64,000 nucleotides of DNA from a virus (Duplodnaviria; Heunggongvirae; Uroviricota; Caudoviricetes): positions 9,005 to 73,004 of IMG/VR virus record IMGVR_UViG_2751185775_000001; one strand, given 5' to 3'. The translations under genes were made by a program, and so were the position numbers. Each line of letters opens with the position of its first letter. The first letter of the stretch is position 1. Positions 1 through 9,539 of this stretch are shown here, in pieces. The notes below the pieces were generated by a model, which was not told where the DNA came from, did not search any database, and saw nothing but the letters and a program-made list of their open reading frames with translations.

Positions 1-189
1 ACAGTCACGGCTTCACTCGGTGTCGGTCAGATAGCGGAAGTTATGCCGCAAGTATCAGACGCACTGGTTAAGTCTGAGAGCCATTTATCCAGCGGATCAG
101 TGGTTCGCGTCCTCTTTGGCGTTGCAACGATTGCCGTGGCGTGTGTGATTGCGTATTCGCAGATTAAACGTCACAAGCTGGGTATCTGA
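1..189 (+). CDS. 3' end of a CDS running in from upstream; encoded C-terminus has a hydrophobic helix (VVRVLFGVATIAVACVIAY)
   Basis: Frame 1 is open from base 1 to TGA at 187-189; TM-like segment; followed by a hairpin. Confidence 0.3.
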   Translation, partial: TVTASLGVGQIAEVMPQVSDALVKSESHLSSGSVVRVLFGVATIAVACVIAYSQIKRHKLGI

Positions 190-197
190 TAACGGAG

Positions 198-225
198 CAG
201 CCCCCGGAAACAGGGGCTGTATTTT
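198..225 (+). terminator. Putative rho-independent terminator (cagcccc / ggggctg stem, then tatttt)
   Basis: 7-bp perfect stem 198-204 / 213-219, 8-nt loop, U-rich tail. Confidence 0.4.
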
Positions 226-555
226 ATGGCACTGAGCGGTATTCAAATTTTAAAGCCTGACGGCAAGCCTATTTTTCAGGCTTCCGACCGCGTTGCAAGA
301 ATCGCAGGCAAGCATGTCATCAAATATTCTGATGTAACCGACGGTGTTTATGAAAAATCGTTTAACCACGACGAACTAAGACCGTTCGGGGATATGTTCA
401 TTTTTATGAATACAGACTATTTCCTTGAGCTTATCGGAGCTGCTCATATAAGTCTGGATGGTTACACCATTAATCTGAAGTTTTGGGTTGACCGTCGTGA
501 CTGGCTGGAGAGTGACAGGGAAGATTATCTTGAAATTTATTATGGTGTCCGCTGA
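226..555 (+). CDS. Hypothetical protein (109 aa)
   Basis: ORF abuts the next ORF (ATG 556 directly after stop). Confidence 0.4.
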   Translation: MALSGIQILKPDGKPIFQASDRVARIAGKHVIKYSDVTDGVYEKSFNHDELRPFGDMFIFMNTDYFLELIGAAHISLDGYTINLKFWVDRRDWLESDREDYLEIYYGVR

Positions 556-996
556 ATGGCTATTGGTGCATTTATAAAAGGTGAATCGGGTGTTTTTCAG
601 GTTGATGGTGAGAATCAGGCTATTAACTTGAAAAACGTTCAGAGAATCAAATTAAAAGGCGGAGATTTAAAAGCGGGGACATCGGGTAAACAGGGTTACT
701 ACACGGAGTTTCCGACAAAGGCTCATAAAGATACCAGCCTGATAGCGGTTGATTCGCCGACATGGGTTCGGGTAGGCGGGCTGTCCTCGTATAAAGAGAA
801 CCGAAACGGCCGATTATCACAGCCATTGTGGGTCGATGCCGGTGATTGTATTTGTTATGAGTTCGGCGGCGGTGGTTTTGACTGGCACAAATCCAAGTAC
901 GGTATGAGTATCCGCAATAAAGACGGGATTGAAGTCTTCAATACAAATTGGGAAATGATGAAAATTCTCGATCAGTTTTTTTTTATCTCCGGTTGA
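556..996 (+). CDS. Hypothetical protein; probably continues into ORF 1043..1243 if one T is removed from the T9 run at 976-984
   Basis: ORF ends FFFISG* inside a T9 homopolymer; the +1 frame is open from 962 to 1243 and reads protein-like (…GGLQGQWGDGAFSSY…). Confidence 0.4.
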   Translation: MAIGAFIKGESGVFQVDGENQAINLKNVQRIKLKGGDLKAGTSGKQGYYTEFPTKAHKDTSLIAVDSPTWVRVGGLSSYKENRNGRLSQPLWVDAGDCICYEFGGGGFDWHKSKYGMSIRNKDGIEVFNTNWEMMKILDQFFFISG

Positions 997-1312
997 AAAT
1001 TTTAACTATCAAATCCCTCCCGGGAAAAAGGTCGCCGCATTTATGGGCGGCGGGCTGCAAGGTCAGTGGGGAGACGGTGCTTTTTCCAGTTATAGCTGTT
1101 ATTTCATGCGCAGAAACGGACAAACAATAGAGTTCAGATACAAAGACGCAACGATTCAATCCGGCCCGTGGGAGGGAAACGAGCTTCTGTACTATCCGCT
1201 GTTCATTATCATAATCGATGTTACTGATTACCCTGTCCCGTAAAAAATGAATTTACAGCCTAACTGTCTGTAGTGTAATAAGAACATCTTAAACACACAG
1301 GAATTAAAAAAA

Positions 1313-1588
1313 ATGAAATTAGTTACTAAAATTGCTTTATCTGCTGCTGTTATTTTATTAGCCGGTTGTTCATCATCTGCGGTATACCCGGATGCGGAGA
1401 AGGTTAACTGTCGTGGTCAGTTGAACATTGGCGCAATCAGTAAACTTCAGGAGGTTCGTCTGGTGAAACGTGATCATGCCACAAACCGTTTTTACGCCAT
1501 TGGCAACGCAAAGCTGGGTATTCATGGCTGGCAACCGGCTGACACGTTTGAGCGCATCGTTTGTGTGCCGTTGGATAAAGCTGACTGA
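1313..1588 (+). CDS. Lipoprotein (signal peptide plus lipobox LLAGC), 91 aa
   Basis: N-terminal MKLVTKIALSAAVILLAGCSS; stop overlaps the next start (TGATG). Confidence 0.5.
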   Translation: MKLVTKIALSAAVILLAGCSSSAVYPDAEKVNCRGQLNIGAISKLQEVRLVKRDHATNRFYAIGNAKLGIHGWQPADTFERIVCVPLDKAD

Positions 1589-1827
1589 TGCTGTTAAAAC
1601 TAAAATCAGCGATCTACACCATACTGGCTGTTGTCGCTGTCCTCTTTACCGCCTATCACATGGGCGGTAGAGCGGCGAAAAAATCGATGGAAATTAAGCG
1701 CCGCAGTGACGCGCTGGCGCGTATCAGAACAACGCTTGATACAAGGAATGATATTGAGCATGAAATACAGGCTAAGGACGGCACTGCTGTTGCTGATGAG
1801 CTTCGCAGCGACTGGTTGCGTAAATAG
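1588..1827 (+). CDS. Rz-like inner-membrane spanin (N-terminal TM plus charged coiled-coil region)
   Basis: TM helix AIYTILAVVAVLFTAY followed by a K/R/E/D-rich helical segment; Rz1-like ORF embedded in the +1 frame. Confidence 0.5.
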   Translation: MLLKLKSAIYTILAVVAVLFTAYHMGGRAAKKSMEIKRRSDALARIRTTLDTRNDIEHEIQAKDGTAVADELRSDWLRK

Positions 1828-1978
1828 CTCACCGGCTACAGATCCGCTGTTTTGTGAAACGGCATCCCCTATCTATATCAGCGCTGATGATTCATTTACA
1901 GATCTGACAGCGCGACAAATCCTCACCCATAATCTCACCGGACACCGGCTTTGCGGCTGGATGAAAAGCGGCAAATAA
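1760..1978 (+). CDS. Rz1-like outer-membrane lipoprotein spanin, embedded in the +1 frame of the Rz-like gene and extending beyond it
   Basis: MKYRLRTALLLLMSFAATGC lipobox; Pro/Cys-containing short mature peptide; ATG at 1760 inside the 1588..1827 ORF. Confidence 0.5.
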   Translation: MKYRLRTALLLLMSFAATGCVNSSPATDPLFCETASPIYISADDSFTDLTARQILTHNLTGHRLCGWMKSGK

Positions 1979-1979
1979 G

Positions 1980-2135
1980 CCGCTTCATCATTATCTAAAT
2001 AAGATAAATAAATAATCCAGATATTTTTTATATTGAAAATATTTACAGGTATTCTTTCAATTTAAAAATAATGCAGGTATCTTATATAAAATAATAAGGC
2101 GGTGTACAAAATAACTATACAAATAAGGCAAATCC
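1980..2135 (+). promoter_or_regulatory. AT-rich promoter / possible centromere region upstream of parA
   Basis: About 80% AT; repeated caggtat and ataaggc words; immediately 5' of parA. Confidence 0.3.
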
Positions 2136-2819
2136 ATGAGTGCAAAAATCATACTGGTTGGTGGCAGTAAAGGTGGCCCGGGTAAAAGCACAATCGCACA
2201 GCAGATAGCCGGGCATCTGTTGATCAAAGAAAAGAAAAACGTCCACCTGCTCGATATCGACGTTCAGAGAACAACCTATCAGTGGTGTCAGGATCGGGAA
2301 GCAATGGCTTCCGGTGAAAATCTGGCAAAACTATCATATCACTACCGCGCCGACGGTGTTCTCGATTACCTGCGCGGCATTCAGGATCAGCATGACTATA
2401 TCGTCGTTGATGCCGGAGGCTTTGACTCCGAGTCTCAGCGTGAGGCGATGCTGGTTGCCACACACCTGTTACTGCCTATCCGTCCTAAACGCCGCGATTT
2501 ACGTTCGCTGGTGGCTCTGGATCAGGTTGTGGAAAAAGCACAAATTCTGAATGGAGCACTGAAAGTCAGAGTCGTTATGAATCAGTGCCCGTCACTGCCT
2601 AACCAGTTCTCGCGTATTCAGGGCGCAAAAGACGTATGCGAGACATTCGGCATGACTGCCTTAGATACCAATATTTATGCCCGTAACGTTTATGACGATG
2701 CGGAAGAAGCCGGCCGCACTATTTTTGAATTGCCAAAAGGCGAGCGTGACAAAAAGGCTGAGGCTGAAATTAAATTATTAGTGAAAGAATTTGTATTCGG
2801 GGAGAAAGTAGATGGCTAA
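2136..2819 (+). CDS. parA: ParA-family partition ATPase
   Basis: Deviant Walker A GGSKGGPGKST; ParA/MinD-like length (227 aa); overlapping downstream small partner gene. Confidence 0.85.
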   Translation: MSAKIILVGGSKGGPGKSTIAQQIAGHLLIKEKKNVHLLDIDVQRTTYQWCQDREAMASGENLAKLSYHYRADGVLDYLRGIQDQHDYIVVDAGGFDSESQREAMLVATHLLLPIRPKRRDLRSLVALDQVVEKAQILNGALKVRVVMNQCPSLPNQFSRIQGAKDVCETFGMTALDTNIYARNVYDDAEEAGRTIFELPKGERDKKAEAEIKLLVKEFVFGEKVDG

Positions 2820-3174
2820 GAATCCTATGGGCGGGCTGGGAAAACAGGCGCGTGAAGAAGCCGTTCAGGAATTTCTGAGCAATTCGAGTGTTAAAGACCG
2901 TGTGGTTAAACAGCGTGGTCGCCGCAAAAACAGTGATGAAGTTATCAAGAGCCGTACCGTCTCAATGGAAGATGAATATCACGAGCTGGTGGACTTACTG
3001 CGGATCGTCCCGAGACGTGCCAATTTAACGCGCTCAGACGTGTTTAGAGCAGCGTTAGCTACTTTGGCTGGGTTATCTATATCTGATATTAAAGCAGCGT
3101 TAGAATTGAGTCTGGAGACGAAGCCGGAGCAGATAAAAGATCTGATTCAGGAACTGGATAAAAAGATTCCATAA
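2812..3174 (+). CDS. Small partition partner protein (ParB/ParG-like DNA-binding protein)
   Basis: Start overlaps the parA stop; basic N-terminus; C-terminal helical region (RSDVFRAALATLAGLSISDI). Confidence 0.5.
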   Translation: MAKNPMGGLGKQAREEAVQEFLSNSSVKDRVVKQRGRRKNSDEVIKSRTVSMEDEYHELVDLLRIVPRRANLTRSDVFRAALATLAGLSISDIKAALELSLETKPEQIKDLIQELDKKIP

Positions 3175-3200
3175 TTATATTGGGGCAAATGCCCCATTTA

Positions 3201-3725
3201 TTAATAGATTAAGTCATAACCTGACTGTGTTAAAAGAATACGATCATCATCGGTTAATTCAAAATAATTACTCTCAATAAGAGAGTTCATAGCATCATTG
3301 AGTTTATCACTAACATTAGGGTTTAAATTAGCCAGAGCAACATCAACGGCAAAAGCTCTTCCAAAAAAGGCATCACCAGTTCTTAAGTTTTTATTTCTAA
3401 CAAAAGTGATAATAAATTCTTTAGCTTCATTTTCATATGACCCACCTACCGGTTTACCGTAAACTTCATGATCCCCTATTTCGGATAAAATATAGGAACC
3501 ATTTTTGTAGGTAAAAAAACCGTCAGTAACTAACTTGTCTAAAACGATATCAATACAGTCATCAACCTTTGGACTTAATCTTGCTGCTGAACGCTTATAA
3601 ACAAAAGGAGGGATAGGTAACGTGCTTCCTTGGCGAATACCAGTATTTTTTAAGAAATCCAAAATAAATTTTTTTGCTTCTTTTTCATAGACTGAGGAAC
3701 TATTCATATATTCTCCAATAATCAA
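3201..3725 (-). CDS. Hypothetical protein with an internal tandem duplication (YEKEAKKFILDFLKNTGIRQG… / YENEAKEFIITFVRNKNLRTG…)
   Basis: Low-GC minus-strand ORF; 4-nt overlap with the upstream ORF 3722..4102 (operon). Confidence 0.4.
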   Translation of the reverse strand: MIIGEYMNSSSVYEKEAKKFILDFLKNTGIRQGSTLPIPPFVYKRSAARLSPKVDDCIDIVLDKLVTDGFFTYKNGSYILSEIGDHEVYGKPVGGSYENEAKEFIITFVRNKNLRTGDAFFGRAFAVDVALANLNPNVSDKLNDAMNSLIESNYFELTDDDRILLTQSGYDLIY

Positions 3726-4102
3726 CGCGGTTTTGTAGAGTTGTAAGGTGGTATTTTAAAATCACGGAAATTGTCCACTAACACATAAACTTTATTATCA
3801 ACAATTGAAAATAATTTATTGTAGTTAACAAGGTTGTCACGCGCTCTTAATATGTCATAGGAAATGTATGACACAATGTAATCTTTTAACCTTGGGTCAC
3901 AGTTTTTCTTTCTTTCAGCTAAATGTAAATGGTATATTTTTATCAAATGTCTCAGAGGTAAATAGTCACCTTGTTTTTTATTGAATTTCACAAACAAATC
4001 AATTATTTGCTTGCAATAATACTCAAGTGAATACTTTTTAGACAAATAGAACTGCCATGATGGGTCAAGGTTCATAAGACATCCTTTCACTAAAAATACC
4101 AT
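3722..4102 (-). CDS. Hypothetical protein (low GC)
   Basis: ORF forms an operon with 3201..3725 on the minus strand. Confidence 0.35.
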   Translation of the reverse strand: MVFLVKGCLMNLDPSWQFYLSKKYSLEYYCKQIIDLFVKFNKKQGDYLPLRHLIKIYHLHLAERKKNCDPRLKDYIVSYISYDILRARDNLVNYNKLFSIVDNKVYVLVDNFRDFKIPPYNSTKPR

Positions 4103-4344
4103 TTACATAAGCATATTAATTGAAAACCATACCGATGAACAGGTAGTATTGAGATCCTTAATTTGTATTAGTTGGTTAGTTATTTAAGATCCTTTTATAT
4201 CTTATGGGAGCACGGCTTAGACGTTGCTCCCATTTCTTTCAAAATCCTCAGCATTCAAAAGCCTACACAGCGGAATTGCTTTCCGTGTCTTTCGCTGTTA
4301 TAAAACGTATCTGTTTGCATACATGTTAAAGGTAAAATGTATTC

Positions 4345-5073
4345 ATGAACCTATCTATTGATAAATTCATCGCGGAAGAAGACGAACAGGGCTTCATGCT
4401 TTCGTGGTCTGGATTAGACAAAGATACGTGGGTTGCGGAAAACGTGGGTCTGTCGCGGGTCAAAGCCGAAGCGGAACTGTTTCATTCAAAATGGTTTGAT
4501 TACCGGCATCTTCACCCTATGGACGCAACAATCCTGTTTGCTGAGGCATATAAGAAAGAATACGCGGCAATCATGGGTAGCCACGGGCGGGAAGATTACC
4601 GTAAAGCGCCGTTCAAAACCGGCCTTAAACGTGTGCCGTTTATCCGACTCTCAAAAACAAACATCACCTCTCTGTGGAAAGCCAGACAAAAGGCGGATGA
4701 GCTGGGCGTTGAGTATGGGTATTTCATTTCATCAATACTTTCAATCGCGGCTAAACGTGAATGGCGTGAATTACCGCGTCCTCAGCATCTGTGGCAGGAC
4801 GATTTGCTGGAAATCTTCACGGACAAGCACAACAGACGCAAGGGAACCCGTCTGGATGGCTCTCTGATGGATTATTTCACAACGTCCATGTATTCGGGTG
4901 ACGAAATCCAGAAAGCCCACCGCAAGTACATTCTGGCTCAAATTATGGATGCTTTGCCCAGGAAGCGTTATCTGATGATTTTCTCTGCGGCATTTCTGGC
5001 GAAGTACATCGATAAGCAGTTTTTTGAAATGCAGTTTCCGAACGACTACCGGAAAGCCTGCAAGCTGGTGTAG
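4345..5073 (+). CDS. Hypothetical protein (242 aa)
   Basis: Long ORF with typical coding composition; upstream hairpin 4205-4236. Confidence 0.5.
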   Translation: MNLSIDKFIAEEDEQGFMLSWSGLDKDTWVAENVGLSRVKAEAELFHSKWFDYRHLHPMDATILFAEAYKKEYAAIMGSHGREDYRKAPFKTGLKRVPFIRLSKTNITSLWKARQKADELGVEYGYFISSILSIAAKREWRELPRPQHLWQDDLLEIFTDKHNRRKGTRLDGSLMDYFTTSMYSGDEIQKAHRKYILAQIMDALPRKRYLMIFSAAFLAKYIDKQFFEMQFPNDYRKACKLV

Positions 5074-5130
5074 ATCCCCTTTGTCTCAATGAGAAAATCA
5101 ATCACCAATCATCGTTAAAGGAAAAAGAAA

Positions 5131-5367
5131 ATGACCACGGAAACAGAGGAATACGGGATCATCAAGTCTCGATTATCGTTCCTCAAATTTAACAATCTGC
5201 CTTTGCAAATCATCACCGGAAGCGGTGACAAGGTGTCGGGGTTCGTTAAAAAATTCGACAGCCATTCTGTACTGATGGACGAGTCCGGCAACAACGACCG
5301 CAATACGTTTAAAGCGATCAACTATTCGTCTATTGAAAGCATTAAAAACATTCCGGCGTTATGTTGA
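5131..5367 (+). CDS. Hfq-like (Sm-fold) RNA-binding protein
   Basis: LSFLKFNNLPLQIITGSGDKVSGFVKKFDSHSVLMDESGN matches the Hfq Sm1/Sm2 pattern (FL…PV.I.L.NG…G.I..FD.F..LL); RBS aaaggaaaaag. Confidence 0.45.
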   Translation: MTTETEEYGIIKSRLSFLKFNNLPLQIITGSGDKVSGFVKKFDSHSVLMDESGNNDRNTFKAINYSSIESIKNIPALC

Positions 5368-5379
5368 TAGGTTGCACAC

Positions 5380-6729
5380 ATGTCCACACATGAAATGGAT
5401 TTAGAACACACAAGCGTTTCCCTTTCGTCGTCGTTTGACGAAACATTTCAAACGATGGTTGCTGCGTATTATTGCCGCGATTATCGCTTTGTCACACAGG
5501 CTCATGATCTGGTTGAGCCGAAACAGTTCGATAATATGGCCTTGTCTTTTCTTGTAGCGTCAGCCGGTCAGTTTTACCGTATGTACAAACAGCCGCCGTC
5601 AATGGCGACTCTGGTTACTATGATCAGCAGTGATGTGAAAAAAGGCACAATCCGCGCCGACTACGTGCCGGAAGTTAAAGAGGCGCTGACCAAAATTAAC
5701 GCGGTCAAACTCACTGACTCGCAGTACATGGTGGATCAGGTGACTCTGTTTGCCCGGTCTGTGGCGTTTGATAATGCCATGATTAAAGCGGCCGAGTTTA
5801 AGGACAAGGGTGACTTTGAAAAAGCCATGCAGATTATGGATAAAGTCAGACACCTCGGAGGTAACGGAACAAGCGAGGTTTACGATTACTTCACGGAATC
5901 GGCCACACGTTATGAAGCCCGCTCATTGAAAGCAAGTGGCGAGGCTCCGCCACAGGGGATCACAACCGGCTACCGTGCTATTGATGCGCTGTTGTATCAC
6001 AAAGGTTGGGGCCGTAAAGAAATGACCCTGTTTATGGGCTTTGCAAAATCAGGGAAGTCTACAGGGATGGGGGAGTTCGCTATCAATGCGGCTCTGGCTG
6101 GTTTTAATGTCCTGTACGTGTCTCTTGAAGTCCATAAAGAGATTATCGCAGACCGTTTTGATGCCCGACTGACTGAAACAGATATGGATGAGTTGGTAGA
6201 CAGCCGCGACCGGATAGCCAAAACACTGAAAGAATTGGGTGCTGGAAAGACCGGTAAAATGTTTGTTATTCAGCGTCCGCCAGGCTCTGTATGCCCTAAC
6301 GATATCGTTCGCATGGTTGAGGGGATTATCGCTACGGGTGTGACGCTGGATATGCTGGTTGTGGACTATGCCGACCTGATGAAGTCCAACTACCGTAGCG
6401 GCGATCCGCGTGAGGACACGAAAAACATCTACACCGATTTACGTGCTGTTTTTGACACCTACAATGTGGCCGGCATTACTGCTTCTCAGACCAACCGTGA
6501 GGGTGGTTCTTCTGAGGTTGCAACCATGAATCACGCAGCGGATAACATCGAAAAGGTGCGTATCGCTGACCTGATTATTACCATTAACAAAACCGAAGAA
6601 GAAAAAGCCAAAGGTGAAGCAAGATTATTTATCGCCGGTTCTCGTAACCAGAAAGGTGATGTGAGCATTCGCATTGAGCAGAACCTTGATCAGATGCGCT
6701 TTATCAAACGGATTATTGATATCGTCTGA
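5380..6729 (+). CDS. Replicative DNA helicase (DnaB-like, RecA-fold C-terminal domain)
   Basis: Walker A GFAKSGKST, Walker B MLVVDYADL; DnaB-type architecture. Confidence 0.75.
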   Translation: MSTHEMDLEHTSVSLSSSFDETFQTMVAAYYCRDYRFVTQAHDLVEPKQFDNMALSFLVASAGQFYRMYKQPPSMATLVTMISSDVKKGTIRADYVPEVKEALTKINAVKLTDSQYMVDQVTLFARSVAFDNAMIKAAEFKDKGDFEKAMQIMDKVRHLGGNGTSEVYDYFTESATRYEARSLKASGEAPPQGITTGYRAIDALLYHKGWGRKEMTLFMGFAKSGKSTGMGEFAINAALAGFNVLYVSLEVHKEIIADRFDARLTETDMDELVDSRDRIAKTLKELGAGKTGKMFVIQRPPGSVCPNDIVRMVEGIIATGVTLDMLVVDYADLMKSNYRSGDPREDTKNIYTDLRAVFDTYNVAGITASQTNREGGSSEVATMNHAADNIEKVRIADLIITINKTEEEKAKGEARLFIAGSRNQKGDVSIRIEQNLDQMRFIKRIIDIV

Positions 6730-6846
6730 TAAAGATTGTGACTCCCGATCATAATTAACTAATCATTAAAACAATCTGCATTAACAACAGCGTTGTTATT
6801 AATCCGGTATGACTCTGCCTGTTAAAGCGATAAACGTGAGTACGCC

Positions 6847-7842
6847 ATGAGCACCAACGCCGAAATCATTGAAAAATTAGCAGAGCTAGATATCGAGCAA
6901 TATTTTGATATCGAGGGGATAACATACAAACGAACGACCGGTAAATCCGGGCTTGAGTTGAATGTTCGTGAATGCCCGATGTGTGGCAACTGTGACTGGA
7001 AAGTCTACGTCAATCCGAAAAATGGTTTAGGCAACTGTTTCGCCGGCAGTCACCCTGTTGAAAAGCAATTCAACAAGCTGAGATTCATCCAGCAGCATTC
7101 AGGTCTGTACGGTGCAACGCTGAACAAATACGTCGATAACCAGTTGCTTGAGCAGGGCTGGCGACCGAAAACAAAAGACGTAAAGCTGGAAAGTGCCGTA
7201 GATTTAAAGCAGGAAGTTGTATTACCTCCGCATTACATGCTGCCGCTGCCTGACGGACGGTTGCCGGATTATCTGGTTGAACGTAACGTATCGGCCGAAC
7301 TGGTTAAATATTTTGATTTACGCTTTATCGTCAACGGAATACATGCCTACTTCGACTTTAACAAAAAAGTCGCTACGCAGGATTTTTCGATGCGGGTTCT
7401 GATTCCAATCTACAATCTCATCGGTGAGCTTTGTACTTTTCAGGGACGTGACGTAACCGGCACTGCCAGTAAAAAATACTTATTCCCGTCTTCCATGCCA
7501 GCTTCCGGACGTTATCTCTATAACGGCCACAACGCATTCGGGAAATCGACTGTGGTAGTTCTGGAGGGCGTTTTTGACGTGTTTGCTGTTAAGCGAGCCA
7601 TGTTCTCAGATGAGGCATTAAGAGAGCATGTAGAGCCTATCGGCACGTTTGGGATGCACCTGTCTGGCGGTATGGGGGCGGAAACTCAGGATCAGATAGG
7701 TAGTTTTCTTGCGCTTAAATCGGCTGGTCTGCGAAACGTGATCCTGATGTGGGACTCTGAAAAAAAAGGCGATACACAACACGATAAAGTCGGCAAAAAA
7801 GCTACGCTCCATCGGACTGAACGTGAAGATCGCAGCATTTAA
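6847..7842 (+). CDS. DNA primase (zinc ribbon plus TOPRIM); C-terminus apparently continues to 7972 in the +1 frame after the A8 run at 7760-7767
   Basis: CPMCGNCDW…C zinc-binding motif; TOPRIM-like VVLEGVFDVFAV and MWDSEKKGD; ORF 7769..7972 in the +1 frame encodes a plausible acidic C-terminal tail. Confidence 0.7.
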   Translation: MSTNAEIIEKLAELDIEQYFDIEGITYKRTTGKSGLELNVRECPMCGNCDWKVYVNPKNGLGNCFAGSHPVEKQFNKLRFIQQHSGLYGATLNKYVDNQLLEQGWRPKTKDVKLESAVDLKQEVVLPPHYMLPLPDGRLPDYLVERNVSAELVKYFDLRFIVNGIHAYFDFNKKVATQDFSMRVLIPIYNLIGELCTFQGRDVTGTASKKYLFPSSMPASGRYLYNGHNAFGKSTVVVLEGVFDVFAVKRAMFSDEALREHVEPIGTFGMHLSGGMGAETQDQIGSFLALKSAGLRNVILMWDSEKKGDTQHDKVGKKATLHRTEREDRSI

Positions 7843-7997
7843 AAAAGAGGGTCAGGATGCCGGTGAGTCCAGTGATGAGGATATTTTGACAGCCTATTAT
7901 CGGTCAAAACCATTCAACGATAAACTGGCGCTGGAAATGATGGTGCGAGGCCACAAAGCCATTTCTTTATGAAGATAGGTATTCACATACCTTTAAA

Positions 7998-8819
7998 ATG
8001 TATAAGATAACCAAACAACGAGAGGTGAAAGGTAAAATGGATAAAGCGAAATTGATTAAAAAGGTTCATGAACTTTCAGGGTTCGGATCTTTGACACCGG
8101 AAGAAAAAGAGGACGTTGAGTCTTCGGCCATTTTGACGGCGGAGAACGAATTTAAGCGACTGACCAACGAAATGTTCCACTACACACCCGATGCCCCCTG
8201 TCTTGATGCAAGGATTTTCCGCATCGAGGATGATGGTATTCACGAGCTTATCTACTTTGCCGATCTGGTTAAGCCTGATTTCAGTGGAACGCTGTCAAAG
8301 CCTATCTGTTACATGATCGGCTATTCCGACATGATGTTTGTCGCAGCCGCCACCTCGGATGTTTTCAAAACACCGGCTGAAATGTTCGATATCTTCCTCA
8401 AATCCTACCAAAAGCAGAGCGACGACGAATTTATCGGCATTCCGGTTGTTGAGTTCATGGCCGTTATAAAAGCCGGTGAGGTGTCGGATCGGATTGACAG
8501 AAGCTGTTGCCGTGTAGTTATCGGAATGCCTGATTATCCGAGAATGGTCGGTAACTCCAGCGAAATTCAGAAGCAGATTAAAGACTCACAAGGCGCGGAA
8601 ATGATGGTTTCTGGAATTGACACAGCCTGTCTGCAACGTGCTAATACATTCGCTGATAACGTTATCAATCGCTCCGCCTGGCTGATATCAAAATCCTATG
8701 CCGAAATGGGAATGATGGGTGAACAGGCTGTATCTCACGGCTACAACGCCGCATCCGCCAAAGTGACTCAAATTCAAATCAGCGGATCTGCTCTCGCGGG
8801 TATGGCGGGTATGTTCTGA
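7998..8819 (+). CDS. Hypothetical protein (273 aa)
   Basis: ORF preceded by a TAGGTATT…ATACCT motif. Confidence 0.5.
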   Translation: MYKITKQREVKGKMDKAKLIKKVHELSGFGSLTPEEKEDVESSAILTAENEFKRLTNEMFHYTPDAPCLDARIFRIEDDGIHELIYFADLVKPDFSGTLSKPICYMIGYSDMMFVAAATSDVFKTPAEMFDIFLKSYQKQSDDEFIGIPVVEFMAVIKAGEVSDRIDRSCCRVVIGMPDYPRMVGNSSEIQKQIKDSQGAEMMVSGIDTACLQRANTFADNVINRSAWLISKSYAEMGMMGEQAVSHGYNAASAKVTQIQISGSALAGMAGMF

Positions 8820-8908
8820 CCCTGATTCAAATCCTTTTTAGCCTATTCAGTTCAGATAATATGCGCTTATTCAATAAGTAAGCGCATAACTATCTAAAGG
8901 TAATAAAT

Positions 8909-9475
8909 ATGTACGTGTTAAATGTAAAAGAAAATGTAAAAGACCTGCCTTGTGACGTAACCAGCTCCCGCTGCGGTACGAACGGTTTTCGCATTAACTG
9001 CGACACAACCGGCATGAATCAGACTTACACCCTCTGCCAAAGTATCGTCAAAGCAAAGATGGGCGGTCGTCTCGATAAGTCAGTGGCGTACCAGCCCTGC
9101 TCCTGTGCGCTTGATAAGACGGAATGCCCTGCTATTCACATGATGCTTGCAGAAAAGAAAGCCGGTCGCATCCTGTTTTATGAGCATTACGATCCTAACG
9201 TGGAAAACTACCCGGCAAAGCCTATGGCTAAACAGAACGAAATCAAACGCTCATGGTTTAAGCCTGAAATGCTGATCGCAACTACCGAAGTCGCAGAGCA
9301 TAAAGCAGATGCCAGTTCAGGTATTCAGACCATTAACCGGACAGAACAAAAGAAACAGGCCGCAGCAAAACCGCCTGTGAAAAGTAATGAACCTGTAATG
9401 TCGTCCAATATTTACGAGGCCGCAATGATGGACGCTTACAAAAACGAGGAATTAAACAACAACACACAGCAATAA
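8909..9475 (+). CDS. Hypothetical protein (188 aa), Cys-rich N-terminus
   Basis: ORF with RBS aaaggtaataaatATG. Confidence 0.45.
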   Translation: MYVLNVKENVKDLPCDVTSSRCGTNGFRINCDTTGMNQTYTLCQSIVKAKMGGRLDKSVAYQPCSCALDKTECPAIHMMLAEKKAGRILFYEHYDPNVENYPAKPMAKQNEIKRSWFKPEMLIATTEVAEHKADASSGIQTINRTEQKKQAAAKPPVKSNEPVMSSNIYEAAMMDAYKNEELNNNTQQ

Positions 9476-9539
9476 AATCCAGTCTAAATAAAAAATAAGT
9501 AAACATTAAAAATAACCAACTGAACAGATTAAGATCATC

